Shown piece after piece: positions 47,555-57,517 of a stretch of 64,000 nucleotides of DNA. The stretch covers positions 480,001 through 544,000 of the forward strand of contig OZ242372.1 in assembly GCA_965209035.1 (NCBI GenBank), written 5' to 3'. A program made the position numbers and the translations under genes. The DNA is from Gammaproteobacteria bacterium (GTDB lineage: Bacteria; Pseudomonadota; Gammaproteobacteria; CBDBNL01; JAAOII01). Position 1 is the stretch's first letter; each line of letters starts with the position of its first letter. The notes beneath the pieces were generated by a model. The model was given only the letters and a program-made list of their open reading frames with translations, made no database searches and was not told the origin of the DNA.

Positions 47555-47635
47555 GGATTATTTTGGAAATTAAGGTTATAATAATGGTTGAGCGATGTCT
47601 CAAAAATTAATATTAATCATAATAAAAAATAGAAA

Positions 47636-50197
47636 ATGATCGATCAGTTAAATTTTTTTCCTGTGCGTCCGGCAAAAGCAATGCGCCGCACACAAAGAGG
47701 CACAGTATCTGTGCTTCTCTTTAATACTCTTAATGTCTTTAATATCTTTAAGGCTTTTCCCGCACCCAATAGGACGCGACGGATGTGCATACCGACTCGC
47801 CTTTACAGTGTGCTGCTGGCGGGGTTGTTCGGTTTGGTCCTGGCAGGTTGTGCCGGCGGCGGTGGCGGTGGTGGCGGTTCCGGCGGTGGTGATCCCCGGG
47901 CTGTTTCCAACATTAGCTCCGTGGTCGGTGAGGAGAATATTCTCGTGAGTTGGACCAATCCGAATCAGACGAATATCACCGGGTTCAATATCACTTGGTT
48001 TGACGCCGCCGATATGAGCGTTGAGGGAATGAAGATCCTTAGTGCCGCCGATGTGCGGCTGCTGACGCCTGAGGCTGACCTGCTGAAGCCCGGGAGTCGG
48101 GTGATGTTCAACATTACGGGTCTAGATAACAGTATCACCTACCGGATCACGATTGCGGTACTTTATAGGGATGGCCCACCTTCGACTTCTGTTTCCGTTC
48201 AAATGGATGATCCGAATGGCGGTGATGATCCCAATTTCCCGGCTGTTTCCAATATCCAAGCCACTGTTAATGGGAACAATATTACCGTGAGTTGGACCAA
48301 TCCGAACCGGGAGAATATCGTCGGGTTCAATATTGCTTGGATCAATGTTGGCGATGATGCCGATGTGACCGATCGCGGGGAAATGGAACTTGATTCTGAC
48401 GAAGCGGGTGTTTCGGTTGCGTCCGGTGCCCAGTCGATGTACACCATTACGGATCTAAACTATGTTGCCACCTATAGCATCACAGTTTCAGTGCGTTATG
48501 CGGGTCAAGATCCCATCCCTTCGGTTCCGGTTGAATACACAACAAACGAAGCGAACCCGGATGATATTGATGGTGATGGTGTGGCGAATGCGGACGATAA
48601 TTGTCCGTCGGCTGCCAATGCGGACCAAGCCAACACGGATGGTGCGGAGGACGGCGGTGATGCCTGTGATGAAGATGATGACAATGATGGCCTGGAAGAC
48701 AGTATGGATGCTTGTCCGACCGGTGTGATTGGCTGGACTTCCAATCCGGCCGCGGACAATGACGGTGACGGTTGTCGTGATAGTGATGAGGATGTGGATG
48801 ACAATAATAACGGTTTGATAGAGCTCCACACTTTGGATGACTTGGCACGGCTGCACGATGATCTGAACGGCGATGGGACGGATGATGACCGTATCCCCGA
48901 GATCACCTCTGTGGGCTCTATGGGCTGCCCGGGTCCGGATGATGATACCGGCGGCTGTGTGGGTTATGAGTTAACTGGCTTGCTCAATTTTAGCGATGCG
49001 GCTTCCTATGCCGCGAGCAGTGGCAACCTGACTGCCTGGACGACCGGCAGCGGCTGGCAGCCGATCGGCTCTTGTTCCACTGTGAATGCTTGCACCTCTT
49101 ATACCGGAATCTTTGACGGTGGGGGTTATACTCTTGCAGATCTGTTCATTGCTGCGGAGGATACTGTCATTGGAGTGGGGTTGTTTGGTGCCTTAACCGG
49201 CGAGATTCAAAATCTGCATATCCGGAATGCGCGTGTCAGTGGCGGTGCCAGTGGTGTGGGCACACTGGCAGGCTATAGCCAGAATGCCCGTTATGAGAAC
49301 CTGTCGGTTACGGGTGGCAGTGTGATGAGTCCATCCGCCGACGGCGTGGGTGGCCTGGTTGGGGATAGTCCGAGTGCTCAAATTCGCTCTGTCAATGTAT
49401 CCGGCGGAGTTGTTTCCGGGAATATTGGGGTTGGCGGAATGATTGGGCGAGGGACTCTTGCGAATATTCATCATGCTTATGTATCCGACGGAAGTATTAC
49501 AGGAACCGGAGCTGGTGTTGGTGGAATGATTGGGAGCGGGGAAGAGATGATGATTCGCTCTGCCGTCGTATCCGGCGGAAGTGTTACAGGAAGCGGAATT
49601 AATGTTGGCGGAATAGTTGGGAGCGGGTTTGTGAATATTCGCTATGCTACTGTGCTCGGCGTAGTTGTTGTTTCCAAGGGATTTTTCAATGCTGGTGGAA
49701 TGATTGGGCAAGGGGTGCGTGCGAATATTCGTCATGTTTATGTGTCCGGCGGAAGCGTTACAGGAAGCGGAAATAGTGCTGGCGGACTAATTGGGAATGC
49801 ACAGCAGTCCACTCAAACTGCTTATTCTTATGCAGCCGGGGGGGTTGTTTCAGGTGCCAGGGGCAGTAATACAATTGGCGGTTTGATTGGCAGCATCATT
49901 GGCACAGCCATCATCACTGCCTCCTATTGGGATAGTGAAACTACCATGCAGTCAGACAGCGCCGATAATTTGGGCGAGGGTCAGACCACTGCCCTGCTGC
50001 AAAACCCGATTACTTTTACAGGCATCTATGCCGACTGGGGTAACTTTTGGTGCGACCCGAACACCGGCGATGAGATGGAAGATGCCACCGAGGCCGGGCC
50101 AGGCGATCCCTTCATTCGTGTCTGGGATCTGGGCACAAGCGGCCAATACCCCGCCTTGAACTGCATGCCGGGCGGCCTCTCGGCGCAAGGCAGATAA
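47636..50197 (+). CDS. Surface lipoprotein: two FN3-like domains, TSP3 repeats, GLUG beta-helix (paralogue of 25422-30683)
   Basis: Lipobox LAGC + poly-Gly; SWTNP x2; DNCPSAANADQ; VGGMIG repeats; WGNFWCDPNTG..WDLG..YPALNC cap. Confidence 0.8.
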   Translation: MIDQLNFFPVRPAKAMRRTQRGTVSVLLFNTLNVFNIFKAFPAPNRTRRMCIPTRLYSVLLAGLFGLVLAGCAGGGGGGGGSGGGDPRAVSNISSVVGEENILVSWTNPNQTNITGFNITWFDAADMSVEGMKILSAADVRLLTPEADLLKPGSRVMFNITGLDNSITYRITIAVLYRDGPPSTSVSVQMDDPNGGDDPNFPAVSNIQATVNGNNITVSWTNPNRENIVGFNIAWINVGDDADVTDRGEMELDSDEAGVSVASGAQSMYTITDLNYVATYSITVSVRYAGQDPIPSVPVEYTTNEANPDDIDGDGVANADDNCPSAANADQANTDGAEDGGDACDEDDDNDGLEDSMDACPTGVIGWTSNPAADNDGDGCRDSDEDVDDNNNGLIELHTLDDLARLHDDLNGDGTDDDRIPEITSVGSMGCPGPDDDTGGCVGYELTGLLNFSDAASYAASSGNLTAWTTGSGWQPIGSCSTVNACTSYTGIFDGGGYTLADLFIAAEDTVIGVGLFGALTGEIQNLHIRNARVSGGASGVGTLAGYSQNARYENLSVTGGSVMSPSADGVGGLVGDSPSAQIRSVNVSGGVVSGNIGVGGMIGRGTLANIHHAYVSDGSITGTGAGVGGMIGSGEEMMIRSAVVSGGSVTGSGINVGGIVGSGFVNIRYATVLGVVVVSKGFFNAGGMIGQGVRANIRHVYVSGGSVTGSGNSAGGLIGNAQQSTQTAYSYAAGGVVSGARGSNTIGGLIGSIIGTAIITASYWDSETTMQSDSADNLGEGQTTALLQNPITFTGIYADWGNFWCDPNTGDEMEDATEAGPGDPFIRVWDLGTSGQYPALNCMPGGLSAQGR

Positions 50198-50408
50198 GCA
50201 GATAAGCAGGTAGGCGGATAAGCGAGTAAGCGAAGACAGAACGGGCCTCAAAGCAGAACAAATCAAAGCCAATGGCCGGCAGGATATAAAAACTGCCGGC
50301 AAGTTCTTGGCAATTCTTTATCAATCTCTGATAGATCCCGTATCCATCCGGGCTTACAACAAGCAGCCGAAGCATTCAAGATTAATTGAATCCAAATGAT
50401 GCCAAGTG

Positions 50409-50474
50409 ATATGAGAGATTAACCGGAATGCCCGATCTCACCAAATGCTTTGCCGGGATTGTAACAAATACCCG
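50409..50474 (+). repeat. 66-bp direct repeat, copy 2
   Basis: Matches 45904-45969 at 64/66 positions. Confidence 0.92.
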
Positions 50475-50500
50475 CTGCCCGGAAGGTTTATAATACAACT

Positions 50501-50794
50501 ATGATTAAGGTAGTAATCAAGCGCAAGGTGATGCCCGAATGTGTGGCGGAGTACGAAAAACGGGCTCTGCATTTACATCAACTCGTTCTGCATGTCCCCG
50601 GTTTCGTATCCAGCGAAGCATACTTTGATGTCAAGAATCGGAATGACCGTTATGTCATGGTAAGTTTCAATAGTGTGCACAGTTGGAACAGATGGCATAA
50701 ATCGGACGCAAGGCGCGAAGCCTCCACTGAGATGATGCAGATGCTGGAAGAACCCGAAAAAATTACTATTCTGGAGGCGGTCATACGCAAGTGA
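50501..50794 (+). CDS. Antibiotic biosynthesis monooxygenase (ABM) family protein
   Basis: PGFVSSE, W..W..S..R pattern; 97 aa; GTGA overlap with priA. Confidence 0.75.
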   Translation: MIKVVIKRKVMPECVAEYEKRALHLHQLVLHVPGFVSSEAYFDVKNRNDRYVMVSFNSVHSWNRWHKSDARREASTEMMQMLEEPEKITILEAVIRK

Positions 50795-53067
50795 CCGCTT
50801 CGCGGCAGGTTACGGTCGCCCTGCCTCTGCCTATTCGTAAGACCTTCACCTATCTGTTACCGCCGGGAATTGACTCGGCGGAAATACCGCCCGGGGTGCG
50901 CGTTCTGGTTCCTTTTGGCAAGCGACGACTTCTCGGTTTTGTGTGCGAGAGCGAAACCCAAAACCGACAAGAGAACCGCGCCTATCAATTAAAAAGCGTG
51001 GAGAAGATATTGGACAAGAGTCCTGTCTATTCCAAGGTTCTGTATCAGTTATTGGTATGGGCTGCGGACTATTACCAAACGCCGCTCGGTATGGTCTTGG
51101 AAGCGGCATTACCGGTTGCTTTGCGGCGGGGCAAGGAGGCGAAACCTGCGGAATTCAAAATCTGGCGAGTGACTGAAAAGGGGGAGCGGACAGACCCCGC
51201 AACACTGACAGGTCATGTTCAAAGATCCTTGCTTGAAACCCTTATCATAAAAAAAGAAGCGGACGAAGAAACTCTGCGGGAACTCGGCTTCAAGGCGGCA
51301 AGTTTGACATCTTTGGCATCGTTGGAAAAAAAGAACTTGATCGCAGCGGAAAAAACGAAAAAAACAAAAAAAACGGGGCGGATGCCGACTCAACAGATCA
51401 AAAGCGGTAGCAAAAGCAGCACCTCAAACGAGCAGATCATCTTGACGGAAAGTCAACTGGCGGCTGCAAAAAAAATCACGGAAGCCGCCGACAAATACGG
51501 TTGCTATCTTTTGGAAGGACCGACAAACAGCGGCAAGACGGAAGTTTACATAGAAGTCATCAAGCATGTTATTAAAACAAACGGGCAGGTTCTCTACCTG
51601 GTTCCCGAAATTAACTTGTCGCCGCAAACAGTTGCCCGGCTGCAAGAATCCTTAAAAGACATGCCTTTAGGTGTGCTGAATTCCAAAATGAGCAATGCCG
51701 ACAGATTGCAAAATTATCTGCTCGCATCCTCCGGGAAGTTCCCCGTTTTAGTCGGCACACGCTCCGCAATCTTTACCCCCATGCCGAATCTGCGTTGTAT
51801 TCTCATTGACGAAGAGCAAGACAATTCTTATAAGCAACAGGATAACTTTCATTACAACGGCAAACATCTGGCAATCAAGTATGCCCAACTGCTGAAAATA
51901 CCGGTTGTCTTGGGCAGTGCCACTCCTTCCTTGGAGTCCTTGCATAACACGGCACGCGGTTATTATCATTCTATTAAATTACCGCCGCTTGAAAAGCGCA
52001 AAAAGAAAATAGTCCCGCTGGATATTTCCGGACGATACGCAGAAGACCCACTGCCCGACACAGTTCTTCTTGCCATAGAAAATCAACTGAAACAAAAAAA
52101 GCAGGTTCTGGTTTTTGTTAATCGACGAGGATTTGCCACCGTGGTCCGATGCCAAAAATGTGGCTGGATTCAAAACTGCAAATCTTGCGACAAGCCGATG
52201 ATACTTCACAAGAATCCGCCGACATTTGTCTGTCATCTGTGCGACAAGCGCGCAGCCGCCGGGATCCGCTGCCCGAATTGCAACAGCGATCAACTGCTGC
52301 CGATTGGCAGCGGCACCCAGAGAGTGGAAGAGTTTTTGAGACGCAAGTTTCCCGCTTACCCAGTGCTGCGCATAGACCGGGACAGTATGCGAGCGGCCGA
52401 CTCGCATATCAAGTTTTATCAAACTGTTCATAATGCGGAGCCTTCCATTTTGGTCGGAACACAAATGCTTGCCAAGGGGCATGATTTCTCAAATATTTTT
52501 CTGGGAATTATTGTTAATTGCGACCAGGGTCTTATTAACCCGGATTTTTACGCCAAGGAAGCATTCGCCCAAACTTTAATTCAAGTCATCGGGCGCATAG
52601 GTCGCCGGGCACCGGGCAGGGAGACTGCCGGCGAAGTGATCATTCCAACCTGTTATCCTAACAACGAGTTTCTGCGCAGTTTGGTTGGCGGCGGCTATGG
52701 TGATTTCGCCCGACACGAACTGGAACAACGCAAACGCTTGGGGCTTCCGCCTTACTCTTATTTGGCATACTTGCGAGCGGAAAACAAGCTGGCGGCTGCG
52801 GCTTTCCGCTTTTTGGAAGAAGTCAAACAACAAACACAAAACGCCTTACAAACAACAGACGAAGGATTTTTGTCAAAAGATATTCTGGGGCCAAACGAAT
52901 GCGTCATCGCCAAAAAAGCCGATTACTATCGGGCAGCTCTTGTTATCAAGAGTACGAGCAGAAAAAATCGGGCGGAGATCACCACAAAAATATGCGACAT
53001 AGCCGCCAAGAAACATATTCCCGGTACCCGTTGGTTTCTAAACACAGACCCGATCGAGGCAGCATAA
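50791..53067 (+). CDS. priA: Primosomal protein N'
   Basis: VPFG, G.T.SGKTEVY, LVPEI, DEEQ, SATPS, four CxxC, GTQMLAKGHDF. Confidence 0.95.
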   Translation: MTASRQVTVALPLPIRKTFTYLLPPGIDSAEIPPGVRVLVPFGKRRLLGFVCESETQNRQENRAYQLKSVEKILDKSPVYSKVLYQLLVWAADYYQTPLGMVLEAALPVALRRGKEAKPAEFKIWRVTEKGERTDPATLTGHVQRSLLETLIIKKEADEETLRELGFKAASLTSLASLEKKNLIAAEKTKKTKKTGRMPTQQIKSGSKSSTSNEQIILTESQLAAAKKITEAADKYGCYLLEGPTNSGKTEVYIEVIKHVIKTNGQVLYLVPEINLSPQTVARLQESLKDMPLGVLNSKMSNADRLQNYLLASSGKFPVLVGTRSAIFTPMPNLRCILIDEEQDNSYKQQDNFHYNGKHLAIKYAQLLKIPVVLGSATPSLESLHNTARGYYHSIKLPPLEKRKKKIVPLDISGRYAEDPLPDTVLLAIENQLKQKKQVLVFVNRRGFATVVRCQKCGWIQNCKSCDKPMILHKNPPTFVCHLCDKRAAAGIRCPNCNSDQLLPIGSGTQRVEEFLRRKFPAYPVLRIDRDSMRAADSHIKFYQTVHNAEPSILVGTQMLAKGHDFSNIFLGIIVNCDQGLINPDFYAKEAFAQTLIQVIGRIGRRAPGRETAGEVIIPTCYPNNEFLRSLVGGGYGDFARHELEQRKRLGLPPYSYLAYLRAENKLAAAAFRFLEEVKQQTQNALQTTDEGFLSKDILGPNECVIAKKADYYRAALVIKSTSRKNRAEITTKICDIAAKKHIPGTRWFLNTDPIEAA

Positions 53068-53099
53068 ACAGCGGCATAAACAGCGGCGTGAAAGGTGGT

Positions 53100-54218
53100 A
53101 TGAACAGCGGCATGAACGACAGCCGGAATATCGGCAACCGGGCATTGGCATGGCTGGATGGCGGCGGCGCCCGGGTTCTCGGCAAGATGCCGTGGGCGAG
53201 TGCGGACCCTTACAAAGTATGGGTATCCGAGGTGATGCTACAACAAACTCAGGTTACAGTAGTTCGCGCGTTTTATGTCAAATTCATTGAACACTTCCCC
53301 GATGTAACCGCCCTGGCAAATGCCAGCCCGGACAAGGTGATTCATCTCTGGGCCGGTATGGGATACTATGCCCGCGCTCGCAATATGCACAAGGCCGCCC
53401 GCATCATCGTCGACAAACACCGGGGGATCTTCCCCGACAACATAGAAACTCTTTGCACACTGCCGGGCATAGGACGCTCTACCGCCGGAGCGATCTTGTC
53501 AATGACGATGAATCTGCCACACCCGGTGCTGGACACCAATGTCAAGCGGGTTCTCATTCGCCTTAAAGGTATTCGGACCAAGCCCGGTGCCGCTGCCGAG
53601 CGCGAACTATGGCAAGAAGCGGTAACCCTGATGCCGGACCGACGCTTTGGAGACTACAACAAAGCGATGATGCATATCGGGTCCTTGATCTGCCGCCCAA
53701 AGAATCCCGACTGCGCCCACTGCCCGTTCGTTGCCGAATGTGTGGCATTTGCCGAAAAACTGACCGCAGAGTTGCCCTTGCGAAAAACACAAACTCGCAA
53801 GCAGGCACACGCGGTATTTTTTGCGATCATATGCAACAGACAAGGTGAATTGCTACTCCAACGCAGACCCGAAACGGGTATCTGGGGAGGCCTGCACTGC
53901 TTTCCCCGGTTTGAGACTGATGCAGAACTTGAAAGAGAAGTCACCCATCTCTGCGAAGATCTGGTTGAAAGCATCGCACCCTTGCCGACACGCCGGCATA
54001 TCTTTTCCCATCGTATCTGGTCTATTCGGCCGAGGTTGGTATTCGTCCAACCGGAATTTAAAGCGGACCGAATGGTGGCGGAAAATGAGAATTTATGGTA
54101 TAGTATGCAAAAGGAAGTGGCAACTATTGGCATGCCCGCTCCCGTTATTGCTTTAATAAAAGAAGTCAGAAAAAAAGTGGCAAGTAAAGAATCCGTATGC
54201 GCAAAGTATTTTGTATAA
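53100..54218 (+). CDS. mutY: A/G-specific adenine glycosylase
   Basis: VSEVMLQQT, GMGYYARARN, LPGIGRSTA, C..KNP.C..CP...C; start set after an AAAGGTGG RBS. Confidence 0.93.
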   Translation: MNSGMNDSRNIGNRALAWLDGGGARVLGKMPWASADPYKVWVSEVMLQQTQVTVVRAFYVKFIEHFPDVTALANASPDKVIHLWAGMGYYARARNMHKAARIIVDKHRGIFPDNIETLCTLPGIGRSTAGAILSMTMNLPHPVLDTNVKRVLIRLKGIRTKPGAAAERELWQEAVTLMPDRRFGDYNKAMMHIGSLICRPKNPDCAHCPFVAECVAFAEKLTAELPLRKTQTRKQAHAVFFAIICNRQGELLLQRRPETGIWGGLHCFPRFETDAELEREVTHLCEDLVESIAPLPTRRHIFSHRIWSIRPRLVFVQPEFKADRMVAENENLWYSMQKEVATIGMPAPVIALIKEVRKKVASKESVCAKYFV

Positions 54219-54535
54219 AGTATCAAAAAGAATTACCCGGCCTGGAAAAAGAACCGATGCCGGGAGAACCGGGCAAATTCGTCTATGAACATATCTCCGC
54301 CCTTGCTTGGGAGGAATGGCTGCGTCATCAAACAATGCTAATCAACGAAAAGCGACTGCAACTGTTTGATGTCAAAACGCGCGCATATCTGAAAGAGCAA
54401 ATGCATCTTTATATGGAGAACAAAAATTATGACAAGCCGGCCGGCTATGTCGCACCGGCAGCCGCAGCCAAGGAAGCCGAAGAAGTCAAGGAAGTCCGGG
54501 AAGTCAAAGATGCCGAAATCTCGGATAAAGGATAA
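54197..54535 (+). CDS. yggX: Oxidative damage protection / Fe(II)-trafficking protein
   Basis: VFC, AWEEWL.HQTMLINE.RL; follows mutY. Confidence 0.92.
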   Translation: MRKVFCIKYQKELPGLEKEPMPGEPGKFVYEHISALAWEEWLRHQTMLINEKRLQLFDVKTRAYLKEQMHLYMENKNYDKPAGYVAPAAAAKEAEEVKEVREVKDAEISDKG

Positions 54536-54577
54536 CAGGAAATACAAAAAAACAGGAGCAATAAATAAAGGAGCAAT

Positions 54578-54799
54578 ATGCCGGACGAACCACAAAATAC
54601 GGACTTTAATTTTGAAAAGAGTATGCAAGAAATTGATACTATCGTTGCATCCATAGAAAAAGGAGAACTGAGTTTGGACGAGAGTCTCAAGCAATACGAA
54701 CGCGGCAACAAGTTAATTCGTCTTTGTCAAAAATTTCTGGAACAAAAGAACAAACAACTGGAAGAAATTTCCGCACAAACAAAAGAAACTCCCGATTAA
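54578..54799 (+). CDS. xseB: Exodeoxyribonuclease VII small subunit
   Basis: FE.SM.E...IV..IE.GELSLDESL..YERG..L...C. Confidence 0.9.
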   Translation: MPDEPQNTDFNFEKSMQEIDTIVASIEKGELSLDESLKQYERGNKLIRLCQKFLEQKNKQLEEISAQTKETPD

Positions 54800-54911
54800 T
54801 CAAGAACACCCCGTAACCGGCACCTCGTTTGCAGGCAACATACGCGATCATAACGAAGTCCGTATCCAATTTTTACAATTTTTTGAAGAAGAACTGCATC
54901 AAAAACTCGGC

Positions 54912-55712
54912 TTGCTCGGCCAAGAATACCCCGAAAGCGGCGAGACAAACAAGGCAATACTTTACAGCAGTCTTACCACAGGCGGCAAACGCATCCGCCC
55001 CCTTTTGGCATATGCGGCGGCACTGACTGTTGCCGAAGAAGGAGACGATGTTCGCCCGAATGTCGCGGATGCGGCCATCGGTGTTGAACTAATTCACACC
55101 TACTCTTTGATTCACGATGATCTGCCGATTATGGATGACGACGATATGAGACGCAATATGCCAAGTTGCCATAAAAAGTTTGGCGAAGCAAACGCCATTC
55201 TTGCCGGAGATATGCTGCAGGTTCTTGCATTTGACCGGTTGATTAAGAATAACGACTATGATCTCCAAACAAAATATCAAATGTTCGGGACCCTGGTGCG
55301 CGCCGCTTTGGAGATGGTATCCGGTCAGGCGTTGGATATCACGGGAGAACAGAGTTTATTACCTTTGGCAAAAATAGAAAGAATGTATGAATTGAAAACA
55401 GCCTCCTTGATCACGGCTGCCCTAAAACTCGGAGCCCTATCCGGTCGAGACTGTTCGGAAGTCTTGCCAAATCTCGCGCAGGCCGGCAAAAAAATCGGAG
55501 TGGCTTTTCAAATACAAGACGACATTCTCGATCTGGAAGAAGAGCCGCGTGAAAAAGGAAAATCCACCTATCCCAATGCCGCCGGCATCTCGGTGGCAAC
55601 ACAAAGAAAAAACGAACTGCATCGTTTGGCAAAAGCCGACATTGAAGAGTTGGACGAGCGTGCCGATTTTCTGAGATATCTGTTTGATCTGATGTGCGAT
55701 CGGCAGGAATAG
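54912..55712 (+). CDS. ispA: Farnesyl diphosphate synthase (start may be upstream and non-canonical)
   Basis: GGKRIRP, SLIHDDLP.MDDDD.RR, GQALD, FQIQDDILD. Confidence 0.9.
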   Translation: MLGQEYPESGETNKAILYSSLTTGGKRIRPLLAYAAALTVAEEGDDVRPNVADAAIGVELIHTYSLIHDDLPIMDDDDMRRNMPSCHKKFGEANAILAGDMLQVLAFDRLIKNNDYDLQTKYQMFGTLVRAALEMVSGQALDITGEQSLLPLAKIERMYELKTASLITAALKLGALSGRDCSEVLPNLAQAGKKIGVAFQIQDDILDLEEEPREKGKSTYPNAAGISVATQRKNELHRLAKADIEELDERADFLRYLFDLMCDRQE

Positions 55713-55716
55713 GCAA

Positions 55717-56331
55717 ATGAAAAACTTCCTGTTAATTGCGGTTCTTTTATTTCTGACCTGGCAGCCTGTTTGGGGACAGGATGGGCCGGAACCGATTGAA
55801 GAAAACCCGCAACAACGGCTCAAGGAATTACTCGGCAATCTTAAAAGTTTACAAGGGAACTTTATTCAACACGAATACCAAGCGGGACTTGTGCCGGTGC
55901 GCACTCTAAAAGGGAATTTCAAAATGAAACGGGAACACAAATTGGCGTGGAAGGTGGCAAAACCCTATGTCCAATTTATTATCAGTAACGGAACCCATCT
56001 TTCCATTTACGACAAGGACATCCGTCAATTGATCATTCGCCCGTTGAACAAAGACGCCCTGCCGCCGTTCTTCTTGCTTAACGACGCCGGCTTTGAAGAT
56101 ATGCAAGTGACCTCCTTGGGAAAAGATGAGTTTTTACTGAGGGCGGCACAAGAAGGCGGCATTTACATGCGCTTTCAAGAAGATCTGCCGGTAGAAACAC
56201 ATTGGGAAGATTACAGCGGCCAACGCATTGTGCTGTTTCTCAGCAATATTGCGGCAAACAAACGCATTGCCGAAAGAAACTTCCGCTACAAACCGCCCGC
56301 AGGCACTGACATCATCCTACAAGAAGAATAA
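55717..56331 (+). CDS. lolA: Outer-membrane lipoprotein carrier protein
   Basis: Signal peptide, F.Q, W....PY.Q.II.NG, YD.D..Q, F....PAG.D. Confidence 0.75.
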   Translation: MKNFLLIAVLLFLTWQPVWGQDGPEPIEENPQQRLKELLGNLKSLQGNFIQHEYQAGLVPVRTLKGNFKMKREHKLAWKVAKPYVQFIISNGTHLSIYDKDIRQLIIRPLNKDALPPFFLLNDAGFEDMQVTSLGKDEFLLRAAQEGGIYMRFQEDLPVETHWEDYSGQRIVLFLSNIAANKRIAERNFRYKPPAGTDIILQEE

Positions 56332-57470
56332 TGGCTTCGCAACCTCAGCCTCAACCTCGGGCAAGACGCATTAAAAGGGGAAGGGAAAGGGTCACGGTCA
56401 TCGGCGGCGGCAGTTTCGGCACAGTGCTGGCAAACATCCTGGCAAACAACGGACAATCCGTGTGCCTGCGACTGAGATCGGAAGAACTGGCAGAAGAGAT
56501 AAAAACAACCGGGTGCAACAACCGATACTTGCCCGGAATACAACTTGATAAAAGACTTGAATTGACCACAAGCATACAACAGGCACTCGCCGGAGCGCGG
56601 CTTGTTTTTATTGCGGTGCCGACCCGTTTTTTCACGGATGTTTTCAGACAGATGAAACCTTGGATCACCGCCGAGCATCTTCTCATCAGCACGGCCAAAG
56701 GTTTTGCCGGCAAAGACTTCATCCTAATGAGCGAGGTGATACGACAGGAATTGGCGGACAAAAAAGAAATAAACCCGGACCAATGTTTGGGTGTGCTTAG
56801 CGGTCCCAATATTGCCCGCGAACTTGCGCACAAGCATATTACCGGCTCTGTGGTGGCATCGCATAACCCCCAATTACGCGCTTTGGTTTGTGAAACGCTG
56901 GGAAACAAGTATTTGCATGTCTTTGAAAATGAAGATCTGTATGGCGTGGAACTTGCCGGTGCGCTAAAAAATATCTATGCCATCGCCGCCGGCATTTCGG
57001 ACGCCCTTGGATTTGGCGCTAACACAAAAAGCCTTTTGATTACCAGAGCCATTGCGGAGATGGCGCGATTTGCCGTCCGCTTGAACGCCGATCATCTGAC
57101 ATTTCTTGGTCTGGCGGGTATGGGCGACTTAATCGTTACTTGCAACTCTCCCGCCAGTCGCAATTATTCTCTGGGATATGCATTGGGTCAAGGGAAATCC
57201 CTAAAAGAGGCATTGGCGGAAAGTAGCGGCGTAGCGGAAGGAATCTATGCGGTGCGGGCCGCATTCAAAAAATCCGGGGAAATGGCAATTCACATGCCCT
57301 TGTTGGAAGGCGTTTACAATATTGTCTGTCTCAATAAGCGGGCGAAGCACATGTTATGGCATGCCATGCGAAACACGCCGCGCGAAGATGTGGAATATCT
57401 GCCGTCAATACCAATTAAAATGCCGATTAAACTGCCGATTAAAATACCGCTTAAACCGCCCGAAAACTAA
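56331..57470 (+). CDS. gpsA: Glycerol-3-phosphate dehydrogenase (NAD(P)+)
   Basis: GGGSFGT, LSGPN.A.E, GALKN.YAI, GLAGMGDL.VTC, SRN. Confidence 0.95.
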   Translation: MASQPQPQPRARRIKRGRERVTVIGGGSFGTVLANILANNGQSVCLRLRSEELAEEIKTTGCNNRYLPGIQLDKRLELTTSIQQALAGARLVFIAVPTRFFTDVFRQMKPWITAEHLLISTAKGFAGKDFILMSEVIRQELADKKEINPDQCLGVLSGPNIARELAHKHITGSVVASHNPQLRALVCETLGNKYLHVFENEDLYGVELAGALKNIYAIAAGISDALGFGANTKSLLITRAIAEMARFAVRLNADHLTFLGLAGMGDLIVTCNSPASRNYSLGYALGQGKSLKEALAESSGVAEGIYAVRAAFKKSGEMAIHMPLLEGVYNIVCLNKRAKHMLWHAMRNTPREDVEYLPSIPIKMPIKLPIKIPLKPPEN

Positions 57471-57517
57471 AAAGAGCGTCATAGTTTTTGCACTCGTTTT
57501 TGCGATTATCTTTGCGA

